Assembly: GCA_002269645.1 (NCBI GenBank)
Contig: NIVC01000042.1
Coordinates: 1-64,000, forward strand
Direction: 5' to 3'
Source: Macrostomum lignano
Lineage: Eukaryota
Length of the DNA stretch: 64,000 nt
Shown here: piece by piece, positions 21,860-33,798 of the stretch
Layout of the letters: every line of letters begins with the position of its first letter
Numbering within the stretch: position 1 is the stretch's first letter
Made by a program: the position numbers and the translations under genes
The notes under the pieces: generated by a model
Told to the model about the DNA's origin: nothing
The model's input: only the letters and a program-made list of their open reading frames with translations
Database searches by the model: none

Positions 21860-24396
21860 GACAAGCCAAGCTTGTACGATTATAGCAAGTATAGCAAGAA
21901 GGGTACAGAGGGTATGGTAGGTAGAAGCCTACCAGCATGGAAGGACGAAATAGAGAGTAGGATCCTAGCAGGCAAGTAAAAGGGTATTGAAGGTATGGAG
22001 GGTACAGCGAGTAGGAGCCTAGCAGGCGGGGAAAGAGGGTACAAAGAGTGGGAGCCACGGGCTCCGAGCCAGCAGGAGGGCAAGGAGGGAATGGGAGATA
22101 GAAACCTAGCAGGCGGGGAAGGGGTGTAAGGAGGGTAAGGATGGCACGTAGTGTAGGAGCCTAGTAGGAGGGCAAGGAGGGTATGGAGGGTTGGAGGTAG
22201 GAGGACAAGGAGGGTATGGAGGGTTGGAGGTAGGAGGACAAGGAGGGTATGGAGGGTTGGAGGTAGGAGGACAAGGAGGATATGGAGGGTAGGAGGACAA
22301 GGAGGGTATGGAGGGCATGGAGGATAGGAGCCTAGGAGGAGGGTAAGAGGGTATGGAGGGCATGGAGGGTAGGAGTCTAGCAAGTCTAGCAGGGAGGTAA
22401 GAGAATATGGAGGGTAGGAGGGCAAAGAGGGTACGGAGGGTAGGAGGGCTAAGAGGGTATGGAGGGTAGGAGGGCAAGGAGGGCAAGGAGGGTATGGAGG
22501 GTATGGAGGGCATGGAGGGTAGGAGCCTAGGAGGAGGCATGGAGGGTATGGAGGGTAGGAGCCTAGGAGGGGGTAAGAGAGTATGGAGGGTAGGAGGACT
22601 AGGAGGGTATGGAGGGTAGGAGGGCAAGGAGGGTATGGAGGGCATGGAGGGTAGGAGCCTAGGAGGAGGCATGGAGGGTATGGAGGGCATGGAGGGTAAG
22701 AGCCTAGCAGGAAGATAAGAGGGCATGGAGGGTAAGAACCTAGGAGGCATGGAGGGTATGGAGGGTAAGAACGGCATGGAGGGTAGGAGCCTAGGAGGAG
22801 GCATGGAGGGTATGGAGGGCATGGAGGGTAAGAGCCTAGCAGGAGGATGAGGGTATGGAGGGCATGGAGGGTAAGAGCCTAGCAGGAGGATAAGAGGGTA
22901 TAGAGGGTAGGAGGACAAGGAGGGTATGGAGGGTATAGAGGGCATGGAGGGTATGGAGGGCATGGATGGTAGGAGACTAGGAGGCATGGAGGGTATAGAG
23001 GGCATGGAGGGTAGGAGCCTAGGAGGCATAGAGGGTATGGAGGGCATGGAGGGTAAGAACCTATGAGGCATGGAGGGTATGGAGGGCATGGAGGGTATGG
23101 AGGGTAAGAAGGACATGGAGGGTAGGAGCCTAGGAGAGTAGAGACATGGAGGACATGGAAGGCATAGAGGAAAGGAGCCTAGGAGGAGACATAGAGGGTA
23201 TGGAAGGCATGGAGGGTAGGAGCCTAGCAAGAGAATAAGAAGATATGGAAGGTAGGAGCCAGCAGGTGGGGAAGGAGGGTAAGGAGGGTATAGACTATAG
23301 AGGGTAGGAGCCTAGTAAAAAGAGAAGGATATTGAGGATATGGAGGATAGGAGCCAGCAAGAGGATAAGAGGTCAAGAGGATATATATTATAGAAGGTAA
23401 GACCCAGTAGATGGGAAAGGAGGATATAGAGGATAATGAGGGCATAGTGTTTGGTGGATTAGAACCTAGCAATAGGGTAAGGAAAAATATATAGAAGGTA
23501 TAGAGGATAAAAGCCTAGTAGGAGAGCAATAAGGATATGGGAATCCTTAGGAGGTTAGGAGAGGTTAGGGGGCTAGTAGGAAGGCAAGGAAGGCAAGGAG
23601 GATATAGGGATATAGAGAGTAGGAGCCTAGCATAAGGATAAGGAATATATTGGTAGTATAGACAATAAAAGGACAATATAATATAGATATACCCTATCTG
23701 TCCCCTTCTAGGACTATAGTCTAGACTCCTATTCTGTCTTCCTTTTCAAAGTTTTTAGCTATAGTTAAGTTAATCCATGACCATATTAATATTTCAAAAG
23801 TTTTCCTAATATAAATTAAGGAAAGAAGTCTTCTATAAGGTCTAGAAGAATTTAAGAATTTAATAATTTTGCAGAAATAATCAAATATATAGACAATAAA
23901 TTAAAATCAATTCTTCCTATTTTGGTCTAAAGGTTTCAAACAATTTTTAGGTAGGCCTAACTTGAAGAAGTTTTGCAGTTTGTCACTCTTAGGTAACATT
24001 AATAATATTAATATTTTATTGGTTAGAGTAAATGGTGATGAATTTGTAAAAGCACCCAAGTAAAAGCATTAATTAATATTTGTCATAGTTATAAAAACCT
24101 GTAGCCTGTATACAAAAACTCTCCACACTGAGGGGAGCCTTGACCTCGAGTAAAGTTTCAAACACATGAAGCACAAGCATAATATATATTTTATGCAAAT
24201 GAATACGCTAGGCCAGTTCTATACATTTAGCAACGTGAAATTCAAATAAACGCAAAACATGCTCAATTTAAAAGCATTATGCCCCGATTATATCGGGATG
24301 ATGACATGTTGCCGACATTCCCGCCATGTTTTCAACCCGATAACATCGGTAAAAAATGGTACATCTACTCCCGATAAGATCGATGCCACTCGGGTG
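21860..24396. repeat. Right TIR of the KDZ element (GGAGGGTAT/GGAGGGCAT purine-rich array plus AT-rich arm)
   Basis: Reverse complement of 9052-~11100, with a longer array than the left copy. Confidence 0.92.
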
Positions 24397-24816
24397 GAGA
24401 GGCTCTTCATAATTGCTTGTTCTGGTTCTAGAACAGAACCAATTTGTAAAGTATAACTTTTTGTCTCCTAAACTAGGGGGATATCAGTGCTTTAAAATTG
24501 TGATTATTGAATGGCAATAGCCAAGAAGAAAATGAGAAATCGTGCAAAGTGAGGCTGTTAAGGCAGTCAAACATTCAACAAAGTTAAATAGTTATACTGC
24601 TTTTTTTTCTTGGAAATCCAAACCGATTCTGGTTCGAGAATCGATGCCGTGACTTGAGGCTCTGACTGACTGACTGACTGACTGGAAGTAAGAAGTCTGA
24701 TCCAAGACCGGCGGCTGAGTCACGGTCACAAATAAATCTCAAAATTTAAATGACTTACTTTTACCATACCCATGTGTTCTATAAATGTAACCACTAATTT
24801 TTGTGTTTTGTAAATG

Positions 24817-26829
24817 TAGGGACTCCAGTGAGATTTTGAAACTTTAAAATTTATATATTTTCAGATTTGTATCTGATAGAGGACAATAACAGCATCACAA
24901 AATGGCTTCACTTATTAAATTTGGTTGAGTAATAAAAAAGTTATAGCATTTTTTGTGCCCAAAAAATTACGTTTTTTAGATAGGAAAAATACATTATAGA
25001 TTGTTGCCATTAGATGTACGAAAACAAAATTTTTCACTTTTTGTTGTCATATCTTTTTTGCTATTCAATATACAATATTGAGTCTGGTATCATTTTAAAG
25101 ACCAAGCAGTTCTACATAAGATTAACAAATTGTTTTTATTCTTTCTAATGTATCTTTCTTGGGGTTTGCATTTGAATTTTTAAAAAGTGAAAAATGCACA
25201 TCAAAAATAGAGCAAAATTAAAATTTCAAATGACTATTATTTAAAAGTTAATTGCTTTTTCTGAAATCTTTTTTATTTGTTTACTCCACAACATATAAAA
25301 GTATATATTTTTATACCATTTTTTCCTATATATTGACAAAGGTTAAAAAATTCACCAATTTTGTGACTTTTTTGCTACTGGAACTTGATAGCATATCTTA
25401 AAATTGCACATTTTTCAACTTTGAATGATTATATTTTTTAGACTAATGAATATATATAAAGTTTGATTTGTTTTTTTAATGAAAAACATATGAAAATGTT
25501 TTTTTGTGTACTTTGGTTTATTTAAAAGCTCTTGTTCTTTTTTTTCCAATATTATTGCTTGTTGAGTAGCTGCAACTGAAGACTGAAGTTAGTATATATT
25601 TAATGCTTATTGTCTTTACACACATAATGTATATTGTCTGCTTTGCTTTTTAACTGTAAAACATATAGGTAAATAATTGTTGATACTATTATTGTCTTGT
25701 ATATTTTTTTATTGAGCCTATCCTTATTGTAAAATTGTATATTGTGAATAAAGTTACCGATGAACATTTCTGTAAACAAGTGTAAAGAAGTATTTAAAAA
25801 TATATTGTACTTAAAATTGTATATTGTGAAGTTGCTTATTAAACTTACAAATGGAATAAACACAATTTCTTATGAAATTCAGTTCATTTTTATGGGAGTT
25901 TGAATTGCAGACCAAGGTTACGTGCATTCAAGGGGTCATTTATTGGGATTGCAATTGCTATAGCTCAATAAGCTAAAGCATACATTTATTTGTATTATTT
26001 TGCCTTCAAAACTAATTTGCAATGGTAAAACGTCTTCTTTTTGGTTAAGAAAAGCCATAATAAGCCACTTTTTATATAAGTAGTATGTAAGTAGTATCGC
26101 TACTAAAAAGCAAACATTGCTGCTGCTCCTCGGCGGATGTATGTGGAAAGATATAAAAGTGCTGTGAAGAATTCCTATAAGTTCCTCTATTAAATGCAGT
26201 AGAAGAATAGTCTTCGGAAATTACTGCTAGAAAAAAATTTAAATTTTCTGTTTTATCCGTCTATTTTACACTGAAGAGATAGGAAAAAAACAGGCTTCAA
26301 TAACTTTTTGGCGGATGTAGATAGACATGTGCGGTTTTTTTTAATGTAATCATATTACGGAGTAGCATTCATTTCCGGGTTTTACTAAGCTTCGGAAATA
26401 CGGGTACGATTTTTATTCAACTTTAATTTTTTTATACTGTCTAAATAAGGAGAAAAGAAAAAAAATTTCTTCTTAAAATGTCAAAAAATGTTTGTAAATA
26501 TAGTTGTTTGTATCAATAAATAGTTATATTTTGTTAAAATAATTGCTTTCTAACAAAAAAACGAACTTTCGAAAGTCACTTTTTTGGCAACAAAACGAGT
26601 GTATTAAAAAAAAGACGAAGTTCAGTGGGACATTACTCGGCATACAATGTATATATTTTTTGTTTCTTTATCTCATTAAAAAGAATAGAAACTCTTCTTT
26701 AACTTGTATATTTTGTTTTTACTATAAACATTTTCTATGCATGGCAATTTCATTTTTAAAAAACAATAACATTATTTTACGATTTTTCGTGTAATTATCA
26801 GCTTTACGGTAACCTCACTGGAGTCCCTA
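24817..26829. mobile_element. Non-autonomous hAT-like element, ~2.0 kb, with TAGGG ends
   Basis: TIRs TAGGGACTCCAGTGAG / CTCACTGGAGTCCCTA; 7-bp direct flank GTAAATG; AT-rich interior with no convincing ORF. Confidence 0.8.
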
Positions 26830-26991
26830 GTAAATGTTTGTTTTCACCATTATAGACTTGGTCAAGCTCTAAAATTTTGATTTTGCCATTCTTATGAGAA
26901 ATCTATGCTTTTGAGATAATCAAGATTTTATTGAATAAATTTGAGACTTGATATTAAGTATAATTAGCATCTAGTAGGCATACATGCACAA

Positions 26992-29186
26992 GGTACCTGT
27001 CCATTTCGGCGACAAACCATTTTGGCAATACCCATTTTGGTGACAGGTCAATTCGGCAACAACCATTTCGATGACAATTCTTAAATAGGATTTCAAGTGT
27101 ATTCTTATCTCATAGCAACAAAAAATTCAAAACTTACACAAATTTACAACCTTTGTTTAAATGTTGTTAAAATGAATTATAGTGTAAAACTTTACATTAA
27201 TGATTAAACTTTAAAAGCTTTGTTAAAACTATGTTTAAATTTTTAATGTAAAACTTAATTTTCAATGCATTGGCAGTATAAAACCTGGACACTGATGGAC
27301 ATTTAGACACCAAAAGTACAGTTAAAACAAATGGATTATAATAAGAAATTAATTTTTTAAGAAACAACATGAAAAAAAGCTTGTAGAGGACTTTAAACGT
27401 TAGTCCATTCAAATTACAATTCGTGTACAATGTCTACTCTTCCATAGGGGCATTCATGCCACTGCATGCAAGCAGCAATGCCTCAAGAGTTCTAGTGCCG
27501 GCTTTGTACTCCACCCAGAGGCGAAAGAAGGCCTCCTGCCTCGCATGTACTGCTGGCCTCATTTCCAAATGTTGGCACCCTGGCCAACCAATGCTGCATC
27601 AGCATTAACATTATAAGTTGTGTTGTGGCTAAGAAATTGCTTGATGCTAAAGGGATTAAATATTCGAAAAACATGCTTTTTTGCAAAGGTCAAGCAGCTC
27701 TTTCGACTTGAAATGCATCGTAAGAATGCTAGCAGAAAAACTGACTGGTTGAATTCTGATTCTGAAATAGATTGCATCACAATACACTTTATTTATCGTC
27801 TGTGTACTGGCTGAATTTGACACTCAATTGAATTGCGTCACAGCTTTGAGTGTGAAAGCATAGCGCAGTACTGAATTTATATTACGTAACCATATTGTAA
27901 ACTTTCATAGACACTGGTACTGACTTGCCTAAGAAATTGATTATGTCATAACTGCTTCGTTAGACTTTTTACTCTACCTGACTTGGTGTGAGTGTTGAAT
28001 TATATAAGTGGTACAACATCACTGATAACTTCAATGAGAGCTAGCCTAGAGCTGAACAGACCAGACTGCTAATGCAGCGACCTAGATTCGAATCTAAGTA
28101 GTTTAAAAGTAGTAGTGTAAATTTTTTTATTAAAAGGTTTTATTAAAGGACTAAATAAAAACACTTAGATTACTGCACTCGATAAGCCAAGGATTATTGC
28201 TATTAATAAACCAAGGACTACTGCACTCGATAAACCAAGGACTATTGCTCTTGGCAAACCAAGGATTACTGCACTCAAGAAGCATGAAAAAAAGCTTGTA
28301 GAGGACTTTAAACGTTAGTCCATTCAAATTACAATTCGTGTACAATGTCTACTCTTCCATAGGGGCATTCATGCCACTGCATGCAAGCAGCAATGCCTCA
28401 AGAGTTCTAGTGCCGGCTTTGTACTCCACCCAGAGGCGAAAGAAGGCCTCCTGCCTCGCATGTACTGCTGGCCTCATTTCCAAATGTTGGCACCCTGGCC
28501 AACCAATGCTGCATCAATCTCGACCAAGAGGGCCTCTTCGTGCAGCAGCTTTAGCAGCTGGTAGAACTACACATTGGCCCTCATTGCACAGTGCTACAGC
28601 TTATTGTGCCATCCCTCGGTGTTGTTGTTCATTCTAATTGATAACCGGAAGACTGAAAGTTCATGCACTCGCCAGTTAGAGTTAGAGATACATGTAAGCA
28701 ACTGACTACGCACACTGCAAGACTTGCATGCTTTGAATTGTGCATGATGAACTTTGAGAGTAGCACAATGGTAGCGCGCTGTTATATTTACGCCATTATT
28801 CCACTCTGCCATATACGCTCGTACTATACCAATCAGATTGGATTTGATTAGGCGAGAGAGATAGGGTGGGTGAACTGATATTCACTTGGGCAGAGCATGA
28901 TGTACATGATGTACATGTGCATGACATTTTTGTACGTGTGCAGACAGAGGGATAGTGAAAATATCAATCAGATAATATAATAAGGCAAGTCTGAAAATTA
29001 GGCATTCAATTCCTAAGAGTGTCCTTTTTTTCTATGAGATAAGAAAACATTCAAAATTCTATTTAAGAATTGTCGCCGAAATGGTTGTCGCCAAATTGAC
29101 CTGTCGCTGAAATGGTTGTCGCCAAATTGACCTGTCGCCGAAATAGGTGTTGCTGAAATGTTTTGTTGCCAAAATGGACCGGATTC
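26992..29186 (-). mobile_element. MULE-derived deletion element with a transposase C-terminal relic
   Basis: Inverted subterminal arrays (CCATTTCGGCGACAAACC / GGTTGTCGCCGAAATGG); imperfect 9-bp flank CATGCACAA / CATGCATAG; minus-strand RMNNNTEGWHNKL, FYQLLKLLHEEA and QEAFFRLWVEYKAG in broken frames (28360-28690). Confidence 0.7.
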
Positions 29187-30066
29187 CATGCATAGCACTT
29201 GTCTAACTATGGACAGGTGAAATGGCTGCCAGCCAAGATAAGTTGCAAAATTGAAAATGCAAAAAAACAAAAAATTGGGGGAAGAAAAAAGGAAAGGAAG
29301 AGAAAAAGAAAAAAAAGGGAAAAGCGAAAGAGAGGAAAGAAGAGAGAAAAAAAAGAGAAAAAAAAGAAAAAGGCAAGAAAAGTCATACAAAGTGAAAATT
29401 AAGTTGCAATTGGGGGAACTAAGTTGCATTCAAGAGGAACTAAGTTGCAATTGGGAGAAACTAAGTCATAATCAGGAGGAACTAAGTTGCAAATCTGGAC
29501 AAAACTACGTTGCATTAGATGGATGAAATTTTGAGGTTGGGCATAATAATGATCTTTTTCAGTGTTTATGCCAATTTATTCCCTATCATTATATCTATCA
29601 AATCTACTAGGCCTATTATCAATTTATCAAAAAACCATTGTTGGGTTATACCAAATTCATCAGTATCTAATTTGTCAACAGACCTAAGTTTAAGAAATTG
29701 GAAGAAATCAAATTCGTCAACAATTAAAACAAGCTAAGCAAATTTGTCAACAATAAGATAGACTTTCCTAAGGACAAAAGTGGTTTCCTAACTTAATAAT
29801 GTAAATTTCTATAATTCAATGAGCAAAATATTGCTAAATACTTCAACATGACTTGAAGGTAATTGGAATTCAATATTTAATTTAATATTGGAATTCTATT
29901 GGTTTAAAATATACAAGTATTATAAATAGCTTGTAAAAAATAATATCAAATAAACCATTTTCCTTTGTTATCTTGCATGTATCTTTTCAATAGGCTTTGT
30001 CTTTCAATTTTTAGCATATAGTAAATATACTAGTCAATAGCATATTATCAGGTAACTGAATTTGTC

Positions 30067-30300
30067 CAGTGGCATAGCCAGGAATTTCAATTGGAGAGGG
30101 GTGGGTTGGCCTGGCTGGCTATGCCTTATGCCATTGCCACTTTTGGTGCCATAGGCATTCATTTTGGTGCCACAGGCACTTATTTTTAGCACTGCAGGCA
30201 CTCAATTGCCTCATGGTTTTTGGTACTCGCCACGCCTAACCCTACCCCCCTCTCCTAGGCAGTTGGGAGGGGGGCTGCAGCCCCCCTAGCTATGTCACTG
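30067..30300. mobile_element. Degenerate hAT-like MITE of the same family as 6270-6771
   Basis: Ends CAGTGGCATAGCCAGG / CTAGCTATGTCACTG; TSD AATTTGTC / AATTTGTT (7 of 8); interior resembles the GCCGCAGGCACTCATTTT repeat. Confidence 0.78.
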
Positions 30301-30516
30301 AATTTGTTAATAGTGCATAGTAAGGTAACAAATTCTGTAGCACCCCCATTGTTAAAGGTAATGCTATGCAAAAAATGGGATAAATATGCAACAAAGTGCT
30401 ATAATATAGAATATGCTAGGCTATTTGCTTTATATTGTAGATAAGTATCTGTGACTATGAGTTAAGTTAAAATAAAAGCTAAAGCCAAAGCCAAATAGAA
30501 TGATTATAATACAATA

Positions 30517-33500
30517 TCCTATATACTAAAAATGAAATGTCTGTAACTAACTAGCTATGCGATAGATTTCAGAAAAAATGGCTCAACCGATTTTCTTCAA
30601 ACTTGCACCATTCGATCAGAAATTTTCCTGGGACGGTACATGCATCCTGGCTAAGAAATTGCTCAATTTTAAAGGGATTAAATATTCGAAAAACATGCTT
30701 TTTTGCAAAGGTCAAGCAGCTCTTTCGACCTGGAATGCATTGTAAGAATGCTAGAGAAAAAACTGACTGGCTCAATTCCGATTGTGATAAAGATTGCATC
30801 ACAACAATTTGAAAACAGTGTCGATGAAATGCACACCCGACTTGATTAAAATTGCGTAACTATATTGCTAACTTAAATTGAGACTGATACTGGCTGACTG
30901 AGAAATTGATTATGTCATAACTTTCTACTCCAATTGACTTGCTGTAAGAATTGAATTATAAGGGCCACAATTCATGTTCTCCAAATGAAAAGAGATAGCC
31001 AGATGCGAACAGACTGGGATGCTAATGTAGTGACCTGGGTTCGAATCTTAGTAGTGCAAACATATTTTTTTATTAAAACATTAAAAACACAAAACTGCTA
31101 AACATAAAAGAACCACAATGTCAAACATAGAAGAGCCACCATGTTGAACATTAAAGAGCCACCATGTCGAAAATTAAAGAGCCACCATGTCAAGCATAAA
31201 AGAGCCACCATGTTGAACATTAAAGAGCCAACATGTCAAACATTAAAGAGCCACCATGTAAAGCATATATGTGACTCCATGTCAAACATATACGTGACTC
31301 CATGTCAAACAAAAAAGAGCCACGATGTAAAACATATACTTATGACTCTTTGTCGAACATAAAGAGCCACCATGTAAAGCATATACGTGACTCCATGTCA
31401 AACACATACGTGACTCCATGTCAAACATTAAAGAGCCACCAAGAAAAAAATTAAAAGCCACTATGTCAAACATTAAAGAGCCACCATGTCAAACATTAAA
31501 GAGCCACCATATCGAACACTAAAGAGCCACCATGTCAAACATATAAGTGACTCCATGTCAAATATATACGTGACTCCATGTCACACATAAAAGAGCCACC
31601 ATGTAAAACATATACATATGACTCCATAACAAACATTAAACAGCCACCATGTCGAACATTAAAGAGCCACCATGTCAAACATAAAAGAGCCACCATGTCA
31701 AACACTAAAAAGCCACCATGTCAAACAATAAAGAGCCACCATGTCAAACATATACGTGACTACATGTCAAACATATACGTGACTCCATGTCAAACATAAA
31801 AGAGCCACCATGTAAAACATATACTTATGACTCTTTGTCGAACATAAAGAGCCACCATGTAAAGCATTTACGTGACTCCAGGCCAAATATATACATGACT
31901 CCATGCCAAACACATACATGACTCCATGTCAAACATTAAAGAGCCACCATGTCACACATTAAAGAGCCAACATGTCAAACATTAAAGAGCCACCATGTAA
32001 AGCATATATGTGACTCCATGCCAAATATATACATGACTCCATGTCTAACACATACGTGACTCCATGTCAAACATTAAAGAGCCACCATGTCGAACGTTAA
32101 AGAGCCACCATGTCGAACATTAAAGAGCCACAATGTAGAACATTAAAGAGCCACAATGTAGAACATTAAAGAGCCACCATGTCGAACGTTAAAGAGCCAC
32201 CATGTCGAACATTAAAGAGCCACAATGTAGAACATTAAAGAGCCACCATGTCGAACATTAAAGAGTCACAATATTTAGAACATTAAAGAGCCACAATGTC
32301 AAACATTAAAGAGCCACCATGTCAAACATTAAAGAGCCACCATGTCAAACATTAAAGAGCCACCATGTCAAACATATATGTGACTCCATGTCAAATATAT
32401 ACGTGACTCCATGTCACACATAAAAGAGCCACCATGTAAAACATATACATATGACTCAATAACAAACATTAAACAGCCACCATGTCGAACATTAAAGAGC
32501 CATCATGTCAAACATTAAAGAGCCACTATGTCAAACATTAAAGAGCCACTATGTCAAACATTAAAGAGCCACCATGTAAAGCATATATGTGACTCCATGC
32601 CAAATATATACATGACTCCATGTCTAACACATACGTGACTCCATGTCAAACATTAAAGAGCCACCCTGTCGAACGTTAAAGAGCCACCATGTCGAACATT
32701 AAAGAGCCACAATTTAGAACAATAAAGAGCCACCATGTCGAACATTAAAGAGCCACCATGTCTAACATTAAAGAGCCACCATGTCGAACATTATAGAGCC
32801 ATCATGTCAAACAATAAAGAGCCACCATGTTGAACATTAAAGAGCCACCATGTCAAATATTAAAGAGCCACAATGTAGAACATTAAAGAACCACCATGTA
32901 GAACATTAAAGAGCCACCATGTCAAACATTAAGGAGCAAAAATGTAGAAAATTAAAGAGCCACAATGTAGAACATTAAACAGCCACAATGTCGAGCATTA
33001 AAGAGCCACCATGTCGAACATTAAAAAGCCACCATGTCAAACATTAGAGAGCCACCATGTTGAACATTAAAGAGCCACCATGTCAAACATTAAAGAGCCA
33101 CCCTGTCGAACATTAAAGAGCCACCATGTCGAACATTAAAGAGCCACCATGTCGAACATTAAAGTACTGCCATGTCGAACGTTAAAGAGCCACCATGTCG
33201 AACATTAACGAGCCACGATGTCAAACATAAATGAGCTACCAAGTTAGACATAGAAGAGCCACCATGTGAAACATATATGTGACTCCATGTCAAACATTAA
33301 AGAGCCACCGCTTCTAACATTACTGAGCCACCATGACAAACATAAAACTGGCACGATGTCATAACACAGGAGAGACATTTTCAAACGTAATAAGAAGCGT
33401 CATGCCAATCATAAAGCAGCCACTAGAAAGCTAAGGAAATGTTGCACTATATACTTTTTGTCTGGTGGATGCTTGCTATTTAAGGATAGATACTTGCTAT

Positions 33501-33798
33501 CAATTGGATGCTTGCTATCTGGGGGTTCTTTCTATCTGGGGTGCTTGCTATATGAGGGATGCTTGCTATCTGGGGGTGCTTGCTATCTGGGGGTGCTTGC
33601 TATCTGAGGGTACTTGCTATCTGGGGGGGGGGGGGAGGGGGATGCTTGCTGTCTTGGGATGTTTTATTTTTGCATTGTGCTTCATTTGAGCAGTTTTTCT
33701 GTTGTCTTTGTGAAGACTCTATTTGGCTGTCTTTTTGTTACTTGTAGAGAACAGAAGTTCTATCCAGATGTCCCCCATCGGGGGGCGAAGATTGCTAG
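30517..33798 (+). mobile_element. Non-autonomous Helitron, copy 1, carrying a 23-bp satellite
   Basis: A|TCCTATATACTAAAAATG 5' end; GGCTCAACCGATTTTCTTC motif; 3' hairpin CCCCCATCGGGGG followed by GATTGCTAG. Confidence 0.8.
31100..33350. repeat. 23-bp satellite (AAAGAGCCACCATGTCAAACATT, variant ATATACGTGACTCCATGTCAAAC)
   Basis: Direct tandem array. Confidence 0.95.

Larger units (their letters stand above)
9052..24396. mobile_element. Giant KDZ-transposase DNA transposon, 15,345 bp
   Basis: Ends CACCCGAGTGGCATCGATC... / ...GATCGATGCCACTCGGGTG; flanking direct repeat GAGAGGC (9045-9051 and 24397-24403); TIRs >1.4 kb; internal KDZ transposase. Confidence 0.92.
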
